Positions 36,576-49,458 of a DNA stretch of 64,000 nucleotides are shown in pieces; the first letter of the stretch is position 1; every line of letters starts with the position of its first letter. The stretch comes from Podarcis pityusensis (lineage: Eukaryota). Both the position numbers and the translations under genes were made by a program. Where the stretch lies: the NCBI GenBank assembly GCA_964106645.2, contig OZ067046.1, one strand, 5' to 3'. The notes beneath the pieces were generated by a model. That model was given only the letters and a program-made list of their open reading frames with translations. It did no database searches and was not told where the DNA came from.

Positions 36576-39493
36576 TACTATAGAGATTGCAGACGGGGTT
36601 GATAAAAAATTACAGAATGCTAAGAATAGAAAATTCTTAATGCTGTGTGCATGGACAAGCATTACTCTCCATGGACAAGGAAAGTGGGAAGAAATCTGCA
36701 GTAATTTATATTTCATTATATTTTAGGTTCTGATATGGACCATCAAGAGTGTCTTATTTCCCCTTCTTAAGTCTCAGCATGCATTAAAATATTCACCACT
36801 ATTGTGCTGCTATTCTCTGTTTACTAGGCCACATGACATTGCATTTTCTTCTTAATTTGTGAATGGAAAATTTGCAGTATCCTTGGAGCACTAAATGGAG
36901 TTGCAGTTCTTGTTAAAAATGTATAATCAGCACAATGCTGGCCAATCTGACTACAGATAAGGAGCATTGCTTTATCAGCACAAAGATCCAGATTTTTATC
37001 AGGTGAAGCTTGGCTGAGATACTTATATTTCAGTACTGTTTATAAAGCCCTTTATAGCAGATGGCATACTGTAATCTGTAATTACAATCATCAGCATAAT
37101 ACATCTCCCAGCTTTGTGCATCTGAAATTGGGGGATAAGGTTAGAATTACAAAGAGGATTACTCACGTTCTGTCAAAGTGAAATTCAAGTCTTATGACAT
37201 GGGAAATAAAAAATTGAATATAATTAAACATATTCCATTGGATAACATGGAATATCTTATAAAACACAATAAATGAATCAGCATGGCAAAGTAATGTCCA
37301 GAGCTAAAATCCCAAGTTATCACACAGTGGATTTTTTTCAAGACAACTGATACAAATAGAAAATAATCCTTACAAAACAACATTTTATTTTATTTTATTA
37401 TTGTAAGTTAAGAGTTCTTTAGAATCTGATGGCTGTTTTCCTGGAGCCAGTATAAGTAATTCACTTTGATCCCTGAGGTAAACAAATAATCTATTATAGT
37501 GTATTTTGTTGTGAGGTTTTAGCAACTAAACCTGAGAAAACTGGAAACGGATGACTTTACAAAAGCAGAATGTAGCCATATTTTGGAAGCTTTCCCCATT
37601 TTTTAAACAGTGTTTAAAAACTTTAATATGTTTCTGTCCTTTCCTTACACTTCTCTTGAAATGTGATGGTTGTTCTCTGAAGATAAAAGTTCTGATAGAC
37701 GCTGTTGAATTAAGGCAATTAATATAATCCAGAACTAGAGATTTAGAGGGCTGGGCAACAATCTGGCAGCTGAACGCTGACTCAGAAGACTAAGATCCTA
37801 AGATTTCCCCACCCCAAATATTTGGTCAGGGAACACTGGACTTGATAAATTTAATCATTGGCTCATTTAACTACATATCACCTTACCTGCCCAAAAATGC
37901 CCTCCTACTGTTTTGATAGGGCATACAGGTCAGCCTTTATGCAGTGAACATGGATTTAACTAAAATGGGAACATTCTGAAATTGGGTAACGTTTCAGTCT
38001 CTCAATACTCTGCTGCTGGATTCATTCACCATATTCCAATAAAGACAATAGAGGTAGCATGAAATTGCTGGCATAGAATTTATTAGCAAATTCCATTCCC
38101 CCACGTTAAGCTGGTGATACATCTGTCACTACTGACCCTCTATAGGTGTTAAATGTGCAGAGCAGGAAACATACTCTTATATTTGATTGCTGATGTGCAC
38201 GAGGTCAACTCTGTTTGGACTCTGCAAAGAAATCTGACAGTACTACAGCTTACCATGTACATTTCATAGCCTTTTGGCCTTGCTCTTGACAGACTTGTTG
38301 TTTTTTGTTTTGTTTTTTTTGGTGAAAGAATGGACTGTCCTGGGGTTCAGCAGCATAGCAGGTGGCAGGAACAGCTGGGGCGAACTTCCCCCAAAGCCTC
38401 TTTTGCAAGAGCAGTCAGGATCACCTTATATCTGCATACATGGAAGCAGAATCCCTGCCCTTGGACTTCAATAGTTGCACTGCCTGGTTGTGAACTCAGT
38501 AGTGTTAGTTAATCTGGGGCTTGCCATAAGCAGGTTAACTCAAGCAAGGGTAGAGTCCCTTCAAGGGCAGGCTGAAGTAGAGGAATTGTTACTAACTCAT
38601 ATCCATTCTTGGTGTTGGTAACTTCTAGCTTTTGTAGAAGGGTCTCAGAGTGGAAGACAAACGTCCTTCCTCGAAGTTTGCATGGGGTGGTGTGTGCTCA
38701 GGGTATATTATTCTTAGGACCATCAACTTGAGTGGTTTCTCAGTTTCATACAATTTGTTTGAATGCTACTAACATTTTATATGAATAAAATATTTTAAGA
38801 TTATCTAGCAGGAAAATAATGCAAACTTTCTAGTGGAATGCATCAATGTCAACAGCGAAATGAGCATTGTTGGCAGAATGAATGTCTCTCCCCGCTCAGT
38901 ATCTGCTCCAGACACTAACAGATTTGCAAAAGGTGTAGTTGACTACAGCAGGAAGAGAGGAAGAACAAGTCCACTTGCATGATGATGGATGTTGGCTTCT
39001 GCTTGAAATCTGTTTAATTTTTGTCATGGTCAAATCCAGGTAATCTTCCAAACCAGTCTGATGCCCTCTAGATGTTTAGGGTGAAGCCTCGTTGATCATT
39101 GTTCATGCTGGCTGGGAATGATTGGAATTGCAGTTCAAAGTTTCTGAAGGCCACTAGGTTGGGAAGACTGATACAAACTAAAGGCTATAAATTTTAAAAG
39201 TTCAATCAGAAAAAAGATAACTGTGCAACGTATGTGGATCCAAATGTATGAAAGACATTCAGCCAGTAGCGCCTCAAGTACCTATTCCTGTATTCTGAAT
39301 GTGTGAATTTCAGTAGCTATAAAATGAAGGGTGATTAAGAGATGGAGCCCTGGCTTGAACACATTTTTGTACTGAAGTTGACCTAACTTTGTGCATTTGA
39401 TGGCAGTTACCTTAAAAATAAAATAAAATGAATAAATGCAATGTTCTTACTTCAGTGCAGGTAGTAATTTAGTTTTATTTTATTTCTCCTTAG

Positions 39494-39599
39494 CTAAAAT
39501 TCTTGTCTTCCTCTGTGATGGTGTGTATCACAAAATTCAGCTCAACTAGCCATCCCAACAATTGTAACTCCAGTTAGATGCTTTCTGACTGAAACGGTG
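39494..39599 (+). other. FRYL: FRYL 5'UTR exon 3 (106 nt, non-coding, with uORFs)
   Basis: Acceptor ttttattttatttctccttag and consensus donor GTG|GTAAGT, in non-repeat DNA. Confidence 0.65.
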
Positions 39600-41299
39600 G
39601 TAAGTGTGTATATATGAAATAATTTATGCCTGAGTACATTGATTTCAGTTGGTCTACTCTGAATGTAACTTGGTCAGATGCCATCCCCTATGTATCTGAA
39701 TGTGTATATGTCTGTAGCATGAATTTAATAAAAAATGCAATTACATGGAACAAGGAGCATTTTGCAGATTTGTTGCTTATATATTGTTGCTTAATGCAAT
39801 AGTTTCATTTTGATTTTTTTTTTATGGCTTCCTCTTAGCAATATTTACCAGCAAAGTGTACTTGCAGGAAGGAAATTGCTATAAATTTGCCCTTACTGGC
39901 TAATACAAGAATTCATCATTTGTTGACAAATTCAAAGTATGAGCAAACAGTTCATTCCTTCTGCTTTCTGACTTTTCATACACTTTTAAAAGATGATTCA
40001 AGTGTGATGCCAGCATGCCTGAATCTAACCTCAGTACAGATAGTCTAAACTTTAAGTAAGGTAAAGAAACCCTCTCTGTGTGTGTTGGGCAGGGGGGAGT
40101 AGAATAGTAGTCCTGAAGTCATGTATTTCCTTAATCGTCTATGAGTGAACTACCTTGAATAGACCAATTGTGGATATTGGAGAGAATTCATAGTAGCAAA
40201 TAAGGCGAGCAAGGCTAGTTTTGTAAAGAGGCTTTACATGAAAACATATAAAAAAGCTATTTGTGTAAAAATGGTGCTTAATAAGCTCATTTCCATATAC
40301 TGGTCAGACTGCCATAGATCTTGCTGCAGTTCTGCTTATCTCTTAAGGAGCTGGAAATGTTTAGGAAAAATTCTTCAAAGAAATCTCCTTCAGTGTTGCT
40401 GTTTTGTTGAAATAATTTGTTATAATGTAGTGTTGTACACTGTTTTGCCAATACCTTTGAAAATCAAGATGGTATAGAAATAAAAGCTGCACACGTGTTT
40501 CCTTTACTTCCACATAAATGACATCTTTGAATAAAGAACTGTTGCAGAAAACAAATTTCTGCTTCCTTTTTATATAAAGCTTTGTGACTTAGATTCTTCA
40601 CTAGCATTATTCCGCTTGAGGCAAATAATCTAAGCTTTTTAAAAAAGCTGTTTTTACTCAGTCATGTCACAAACTGAACTGATCCAGACTATGTGGTGTT
40701 GGAAACTGGTAACTGGCAGACTTTTCACAGTGATAACTGCTATCGGTGAGTGCAGATGCATACTCCTCCCTTTACAAGATAAAATGAAAACTTCCAGCTA
40801 ATTGGATAGAAATAAGCCTGTGTGTGTATGCACATGGCATGTTTATGAATCATTAAAGCAATAATTTTGCTAAATTTATTAGTTTATTAATTACCAGTTT
40901 AGGGGTATATCTAATGACTGAGTTGTTTCAGTCAGTGAAACGTATGGCTTTAAAACTTTCCAGTTAGGAGCTGGTTTGCTGGTGTTTGAGCACCACCCAG
41001 TTGTGGGATGACATCATTATGCAAAGTAGTACACAGGCTGCTTTTAGCGTCTCTTCAAGGAAGTTTGCACAAGCACCTGGACTTGTACTTCGTGCAGCTA
41101 AACTGGAGACTTTAATCAATGTTCTGGGAATGGTAAAACTCAAGCATGGATTTCTTTAAAAAAATGGTGCCTTCCGTCATGTCAGGAGATGTTGTTTTGG
41201 ATGTTGGAAGTACTATTTGTGAAAGTTCTCCAAAGCTGCTGAAAATGACACGTACCAACCTGCTTTCCTTAGGGCAGACTATAGAAGGTGACATTCATC

Positions 41300-42300
41300 T
41301 TTTGCATCCTAATTACAGTATGTATCTCTGTACGTTTTTGAAATTCAAGGCATGTGTAATTTATTTTAAAAGTGTTTTTATTGGTCAACCTAGATTTTCC
41401 ATGTTGGGCCATGATATTTTAAAATGTTGCAAATAGTTTTCTGACATCGTAAGGTTTCTGTATTGTTTACTGTAGAAAGATCATTTTGTCCAATTTGAGT
41501 AGAATTGAGATCCATTAAAATGTAGATCTGCACATTTTGCTGGACTGTTGTAAATATAGTAAAAAGAAATGTTGCATGACTAATGCGAAAGATGTAATCT
41601 TGCCATGTTGGATGCAACTCATGATCCTATTGCTTTATTGGGTATTTTTGTGCTTGAGTTCCAGCTTCATGTCTTGCCTGATCATGGTAATCGTGTTCAG
41701 CTTGAAATCTTCTATTCTATTTTGTCTCCCCCCCCCCTACCCTTTTTCTTGGTATGAAGCCTCATTTGAGGATGACAACTTATGACTTTGACCCTTAAAT
41801 GTGGAATTAGTTGATGGTTTGGTTACATTGTTCCTTATAGCATGAGATTTCTATGTGAAATCCAGTGAGTGTTTTTTTTTCTGTATTTGAGCTCATTTGG
41901 TATGGCTTGAAAAATGGCAGACAATAAAAAAACATAGTGTCCAACATAAGGACCAGTAAAATCCCAGTTACACATTTTTAAGTCCATTCTTTGTTTCCTT
42001 TTTATATTATAGCTAATACGGCTTGAATAATTACTTATTTTAGTCTCAACTGATTCTGGTAATCCAGTTTGTAGTTTTGGTTTTCTCTCCAGATAAATTT
42101 ATAGCAAGTAATTTTGTTCATCAGTGTAATATTCCACATTTATGGTTTCCATACTTCTAATATTTGGTGCTAAGATTTTCTCCATTCTTTTGCCAAAATA
42201 ATCCATCCTATTATAAAAATATGGGTGACCAAACCCCTGTGCTTTCTCTTCTCTTTTCTGTGAAAACATCTCAAGAATGCATTTCTTGTCTAAATGAATT
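41300..42300 (-). mobile_element. Highly decayed L1 remnant
   Basis: Strong strand bias (A-rich on the minus strand); minus-strand DYIFRISHATF resembles an L1 endonuclease segment. Boundaries approximate. Confidence 0.35.
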
Positions 42301-42489
42301 TAATATACAGTACTATTGAAATGGCAAACATTCTTAACAATATGGAAGGGAGGTACCTAGTACTTACTGCAGCACAGGTGTGTGTTAGGAGCATCATGAT
42401 AAAGAAATTCCAGTCTTCCACATTAACCAAGATCTTCCTAAGCAGTTGAAATGAACATACGGTAACTGACACTTTCCAATACTTAACCT

Positions 42490-43390
42490 TCTGTTGTTGA
42501 GCTCTCATGTAATCTAATACTTGCCTCTGTATCATGAAACCCGAGGACATTATCACTTCCTCCCAAGGTTCCCAGTACTTCCACTTTGTCAATCAGTTCC
42601 TCCCTGTTTGTGAGGACCAGGTCCAAGATAGATGACCTCCTTGTTGCTTCTTCCATCTTTGGAGAAATGAAATTGCCAGTGAGGCAATGGAGGAATTTGT
42701 TGGACCTTACATTCTTAGCAAAGTTTGAGTTCCAACAGATATTGGGGTAGTTGAGATCTCTCATGGCTACTATATCTATCCTTTTTGAGTGTTTGGCAAT
42801 TTACTCTAGAAAGGCATCATTCAAGTCCTCAGTCTGGCTTGGAAGTCTATAGCAGACACCCACAGTAAGGTCACTGTTGTTTTCTCTCTGACAATATTTC
42901 CCTATATACACTCAGCTTGCCTTCCATGCTCCAGGCCATAGAATAACTGCATTGTATAGTTGGAAGGGACCCCAAGGGTCATCTAGTCCAACCACTGCAG
43001 TGCAGGTCATGGATCTTTTCACAAGTGCACACACCCTTTACATATAATGCTGCTAGACCATTACTGTTTGGTCTATTCCTTTTGAACAGATTATACCTCT
43101 TAATTTCTACATTCCAGTCACAAGTCGTATTGTAGGTTTTTTTGCCCATTAGCAAGTTTCTGTAGCACCACTTCAGTTTCCTGAGCATCAATGAAACCAT
43201 TATCCCAAGTACCAGGTGGTCCCCTGTCATCTGTAATATTGCCTCCCCTTCCCCCTCAGGATTTAGTTTAAAGCTCTCCTAATCAGGTTCATGAGACTCT
43301 TAGCAAACACATTCTTGCCAACCACTGTGATGTGCAACCTGTCTCTTGCCAGAAGTCCTTCCTCAAGGAAGCAGAGAGCATGGTCCAAGA
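42490..43390 (-). mobile_element. CR1 LINE internal fragment (end of ORF1 plus ORF2 endonuclease)
   Basis: DLNYPNICW...SNKFL...EEATR...ILDLVLTNREELI...GTLGGSDN matches CR1 APE motifs. A small CR1-tail insert lies at ~42938-43010. Confidence 0.85.
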
Positions 43391-46300
43391 AAGAAAAGGT
43401 AAGATTAGAACTAGGGATTTTTGATTTTGTAGCTCAGTCGCTACACTTTCGCAGCTTTGTGAAGCCAACATGTTTTGTATTTTAAGTAGAACGGCCTAGA
43501 CAGAAATTATGCATCACTTTAACTGTGAAAAAGAGGTGTGTATCAGTTCTTGAGTAAATGCTGTATTTGGAGGGAAGTTTATTTTGGTGTGGACAGGTAA
43601 CTCTAATGCATCATTAATTTTATCATACTATCTTCTCAAATTCAAAAAGCTTAAGCTATGCTTGTGAACATGGTATTGTCTAACCATTGTGATTTTTAAA
43701 AATCTGTTATTACTAAATGCAGACATATTTGTGCTTTGATTCAATTTACCATCTTCTACTTGCTGAAATTCAAGCAACCAACTGCCTCTAATTTGATTTA
43801 AGGAACTGGGGTGGGTGTGTAAGTTTTAGAGTCACAGCCAGCACTCCACATAAAAATAATTTAGTGTGAGGTTCACTGGCAGCTTAGTTTTCTTGTTAAA
43901 CATAGTTAAAATTGAAAGTACTGATAATCAGTTAGATTGAAGTGATGCTACTGTAACACAGTGAGACTGCAGGTGGCAATCTGCAGCAGCTGAAATGAAA
44001 GAGGTCTTTTAACATTTATGTTGGATGTACTCTAGCTTGGTTGAGCAATTGAGATAACAGGCATAAAGTACTCTAATCCTACAGTTGAAGATTAATTCTC
44101 TATTTGGTCTGTTTAAATGCCGCCAACTGGCTATGTCATTAGAAATTTCTCCAAATCGTTTCCATTACTACTATTGCAGAACTGTGTGAGGTAGGCATTT
44201 ATGAAATGCAGATTATAGTATCCTACAATCATGCTTTTTACAATAGTAGACAGCAGCTGAATCCTCTTTAAATTATCTGCTTATTTCTATTTTTGTATCC
44301 TGATAATGGAATGAAGTGCTCTTCTAGCACACGCAGAGAACTGCTGAATTACCAGTGGGATGTTAATAGAAGATGGGGGTCTGACACAGGTAATGATTAA
44401 ATGTGAAATATAACCCAACTTAAAAGGCTTGTTAATAGGAGATAGCTGTACCTGTTATGATATTTGTAGTAAAGTTATGTAAACTTGAATAAGTACAGTA
44501 TTAGACTGCTTGTTCTGTGTACAAGTAGCTTACTGATATGCAATGGGAAGTTGCTGCTGATGGTCTTATGAAAGCTGAATTTAGGTTATAACCTGCACTT
44601 ACTGACATAGGTATTGGTGAAAACCTGATCTTTTGCAAAAACTTGTAACAATAATAAGAAAACAGAATTTTATTCCTATTTGTTTCATAAAGGGAGATAC
44701 CTGTGCAACTTCAACCAATTATTGTTCTGTTGTGTAAATGAAAAAAAGAATATTTTGTACCTAAGGATTATATGGAATTGATAATAGTGATGTGGTCTTC
44801 TTAAAATAGATAACATGGTAGTGCTTAATTAGAAAGGAATATTGGACTGAAAACATATGCTAAAAGGATTTGTTCACCTTTTAGATTGATGTCATTGGTA
44901 ACTGTCTTCAAAATTCAGACTACTTGTGCAAAAAACCTTAAGGCCATCTGTAAAAATAATAATGAAGGAAAGGTGCCGTGGGAAGAACTAAGCATGATGC
45001 GTTACCTATTTTTTTAGATTCATTTTTAGTTACAAACAGTATCTACAAACATTGGGTCTCTGTTCTTGATCTCCTTGTACTCTTTGAAAATATCAGTCAA
45101 TATATTAGTTTTGGTCATAAGTTGTTACAACTGTAGCATTATAAACAAAGTACAAATTAACTTCAGGACAGTTAACAGTGTAGTCTCCCACCTCTGGCTG
45201 TTGCAAAGGTACATAAACTTATTCCTAATCATTCCAGCTACCGTTATGGGCAGTGCTGCTCGATAGGTAACAAATTTAGTCAGATTGGCAAGGGTGTGGC
45301 TAGCAACCTGAGTCTGTAAGTCCTGATTGCTTTTTGTTGGTGTCTCACAGTAAGTCTCTTTTGAGGAACACTGCAAACAGTAATGTAAAGTATATTGTGC
45401 AATTCCCTCAATTGTACTTTGGCAATGTGCATTTTATTGACAACCCACTCTATCTGCCATCTATGATACCTGAAATGGGATGTATAAGCTTTTGAAAGTA
45501 TATTTCCTGAGAACAGTCCACCTTCATAAAGTGGCACCACTGCCGTCAGTAATATACTCAGAATTGTTTCTATACCTACTAGGAAATGCTAAAAAAATAT
45601 ATCTTAAATCTTATGTCCACTGTGGCTCAAACTTTGTTGTGCTCAGATCTCTATTAATTATAATCTGATAGTAGCAGCTCCTGTTACCTTGCCATGGACT
45701 TTTTCATGGCTTATGCAAGTTGCACATATATGGAAATACTTGAGCACTCTGGATTTTACTGAAGGAAGTCCAGCCTCTGAGCTATGAGGCAAACAAACAG
45801 GGTGTTTTAAATGGAGCTGGACAAATTTTAAAGCTAGTATGTGGTGGAGTTGTAGGGCCTCAGCAACATGCATCAACCAGGCAATGAGTTTAACCATAAA
45901 AACTGTATGGGCTAGCAAATAACCTCCAGATAACTACAAGCAATCCCATACAAGTTGTAGGATGACTGGAAGAGTTGTGCCCTTTTAAAACGAACCATCT
46001 AGTGCACATACTGTATAGGTAAATGGTAGTTGTAGCTAAGTCTAAGGCTGATATAGCGAAACTGAAAGCTATCTGAATTTATGTTTTTGGCAGGCACACT
46101 AAAGCGATGTAGAGGTGTAGAAATATTAACTGATTTCTCCAGAGATTCTGTATTTATTTATTGTTATTTCATAATTTATTATTTATCTTTTACATGTGTG
46201 TCAAGGCAGTTTACAAATATATCACAAAAAGAGCCAGAAACAACCCACACCAATAGGCGAGGCTATAATTCAGCATGTTGTTCTAGTTCCTAGAGTGTCT

Positions 46301-46991
46301 TATCAGTTGGTCACTCTAAGCCAAGAACCAATTAACAGACTGATTTTGCTCCTTTGGAGATAATGCATTCCTCTGCCCCACCCCCACAATTAGTCATATA
46401 TCCCCTGCTTAAGCAGTAGGACTATTCCCCTGTAACAGATCCATTTCTCACATCCATTATAATATTGAGAAATAGGTGTTGTAGCACTAAATATAAAAAT
46501 GGCCGTCTTAATTTAGGAAAAGACCTTAGTAGGCTTGAGAAGAACGCTGTTGAGTCTGAAATGACAGTATATAGTGGCCATTCAAAGTGTTAATCTTTAT
46601 GTAAGTGAACATAATGACAACCTGGAACTTGAGAGGAAGGACTCCACTCACATGGCTGCCTATATTACTGTTTGCAGAGAGCCATAAAGAAATCTTCATT
46701 TAGGCTAAACTAAATTACAAAAGCTTGGGTGTTCCTGCTGGAAGCTCACAAGCAGGGCAGAAGGCAATGGTTATCTTCCTGAAGTATCTGATAATCAGAA
46801 GTATATTGCCTCTAAACAGTGAGATTCTATTCAGGGACTGTTCCTGAAAGCTGAAAAGAGATACACTCAAGTCTGAATGCATCTCATTAAATGTGTCTTC
46901 TCTCTTGCAAATAGGTGGGGAACTGGTTATAGCTGGTGGGTCAGATCCTGACCTCCCCTACTTTTGGCAGATGGCCACGGCCATTCACTTG

Positions 46992-47870
46992 TAGGGCTGG
47001 GCGATATCAGCTTTTTAACATCACGATGTATCGCCAGCTAAACATTGCAGTTTGGTGGTATACAGCGATATTGAAAAAACATCTGCATTGGCCTCTGCCC
47101 ATAAGGTGCCCCAGCTCTAACCGTGGAAGCTGAGGTGCTTTCACCCAGGTGCTTGTGGGCTGGGACAACACAGTTTGTTTACTCAGCTCAGCTGGGGATC
47201 AGAAAGGTTCTCCCTCCCCAACTGAGCCAGCCCTGGAGCGCCCATACTGCCACATGCTTGCAGGAGCCAATGCCAGGCTGAAGGCTCTTATTGTTATTGT
47301 TACTGTTATTTTTTGTTTTATACCCACCCGTTTGGCTAGGTTGCCCCAGCCACTCTGGGCGGCTTCCAACACACAAAAAAATAATAATAAAGCATCGAAC
47401 ATTAATATTAACAATCAGATCCTATATAAAAATCACAACAACTTTAAAATAAACAAGTTATACCAAATAAAGCAATATGCAGTACTGCATTAGAATCCAA
47501 TAGTAAACATTCAAACTAAACATCAGCAGGTAATAATTAAACAGTTAACTGTTCGGCTGATGCAAGGCTGGCACACTTCCTTAGCTGAGCAGTTTAAAGA
47601 ACAAGCTGTATCGTGCCTTGCCAATACAGCTTGTTTCTCCCTCTGTGCCATATGAGGGCAGACCGCGATGTCAGCTTCACTCAGGAGTATATCGCTGCTG
47701 AAAGTGCTACTGCTCCTGAGTCCCTCTGCTTGCAGCACCCGCTGGAGGAAGGAACTCTTGACTCCCTCCAGCAGACGCTGCTAACAGAGGAACTCGGGAG
47801 CAGTGGTGGTTTCACCAGCATTGCAGTCTGCTCTTCATACTGGTCCTGGGTGATATATCGCCCAGGCCTA
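46992..47870. mobile_element. hAT-like element carrying nested L2-tail and LTR-like fragments, itself inside an older MITE (~46915-48140)
   Basis: TIR TAGGGCTGGGCGATAT / ATATCGCCCAGGCCTA; imperfect 8-bp TSD ttcacttg/cccacttg. Confidence 0.7.
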
Positions 47871-49199
47871 CCCACTTGTCAGTCATCTAATATCACCATG
47901 CCATCAGTTGAAGCAGTTTCCTTTGGCCATGTGGTTTGAGATCAGACAGTGTGGGCAAAGCCTCTGGGATTTGCAGGTGCTGCTAGCTATTGATGCCTGC
48001 AAGCCTTGCAGGGAGCTGTGTCTTTACCTACTCTGCTCTTGATGTCACATATATGAGATCATATGTGGGGCTGGTGGATATGGCTTGGAGAAAACTTGCA
48101 GGCCAAATTAGGTTCATGGACCGAAGGTTTGCCATCACTGCTTTAAGATGTTGGCCGTCACCTTTTCTGTGACAGTGAGTTCCACAGCTTTGGTATTGTA
48201 TGGAAAGTTGTTGCCTCTTCTTAGCCATATAATGGAACCTACTTCTGCTCCATTCTCTGGAGGAAGAAGCAAGGTAGGGATTAATTGATAATTTATTAAA
48301 CAAATAATTTGTCATCTAGGCATTGCCTACCTCATGTGGTTGTGATTTTTCAAATATCTGTGCTTTGGTTATAAGGATTTTATTTTGAAGCCTATAATTA
48401 TTTTTGTTCAATGTAATATTGAGTGCCTCTTGGCTGTATTTTAAGTTACTTTGGGGGGGGGGGGAATATATTGTATTCCGAGTTCTCAAAAAAGGAGCCA
48501 AATGAAATCTATGATTACATTTTAACCTTCTTTCAGAATTGCTTTTGTCTGTTTTTGTGGGGACAAAGTAACAATAAATGTTGATACTGTATGGAGGTGA
48601 ACTAAATACAGTATCTGCCTCTTCTGTGACTTCTTTCTCTCCTAAGTGGGCACTGTTTAGGAAATGAGATATGAAATATTGCATTAAGTACTTTTAGAAA
48701 GCTCATAGCACGGTTACAGTGCCCCTCCCATTCCATTAGCTGTCATAATCTCCAATAGATTAAGCAGGAAGTTGTATTCTGCATTTTCAGGGGCATGTTG
48801 AGAAGTCTCTGCTTGTGTTCAGACTGTTTGGAATAGAAAGAATGCATTACTATACTTTTATGTGGGGGGAAGCAGTCCTGATGTTGGTGTCTAATAGAGT
48901 ACAATCTAATAGAGCATAATACTTCATTTTCAGTTTGCAAGTAGGCAAAGTTCTTTTTCCCCACTATCCTTTTTATTATTAGAGTTCCTGCAATAAATTG
49001 TACCTAAAGTTCCAAACTCTCACTGGCCTGTGTTTACTAACAACAAGGTGACTAAGGTAACAGCTAATATCTGAATAGCTTTCTTCTATTTTTGTTTCTG
49101 GTGTGTGGGATTGATTTGTGTCAGCACTGAGAAATATGAGGATCCTGAAGGGCATCCTGTCTTGACAAGCATGTAAGCTTTTTTTTTTTCCATACTGGA

Positions 49200-49382
49200 G
49201 AGTTCATCTGCATTCAGCAGCATTTCTACTATAGTTGTGCGTCACTCGGAGACTGCATGGTAATGAAGCGCTGATGCTGTGGGCCAAAACTCTGTTGCCT
49301 GCAAGCAAAAAAGGATGACTGTTAGGAAAGCCATACCACCAAAACTGTAGCTGCCGGTGCTGCTGCAGCAGCTCTCTGAGAC
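49200..49382 (+). promoter_or_regulatory. FRYL: Alternative internal promoter and 5' leader of FRYL, with three uORFs
   Basis: Half-CRE-like TGCGTCA near 49238; uORFs at 49257-49274, 49274-49318 and 49315-49350; followed by the coding start. TSS not determined. Confidence 0.55.
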
Positions 49383-49458
49383 ATGATGTTGAGCCTCCAG
49401 GATTCTGTGCTTTTTGAAATTAACATTAAATCCCTGTTGAAGTCATGGAGCAGCAGCT
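49383..49458 (+). CDS. FRYL: FRYL alternative first coding exon: MMLSLQDSVLFEINIKSLLKSWSSS plus 1 nt (phase 1)
   Basis: gacATGATG start and consensus donor |GTAAGT at 49459. The peptide aligns with the FRY N-terminus [22 protein letters not shown] (recalled). The upstream non-coding exons fit FRYL rather than FRY. Confidence 0.85.
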
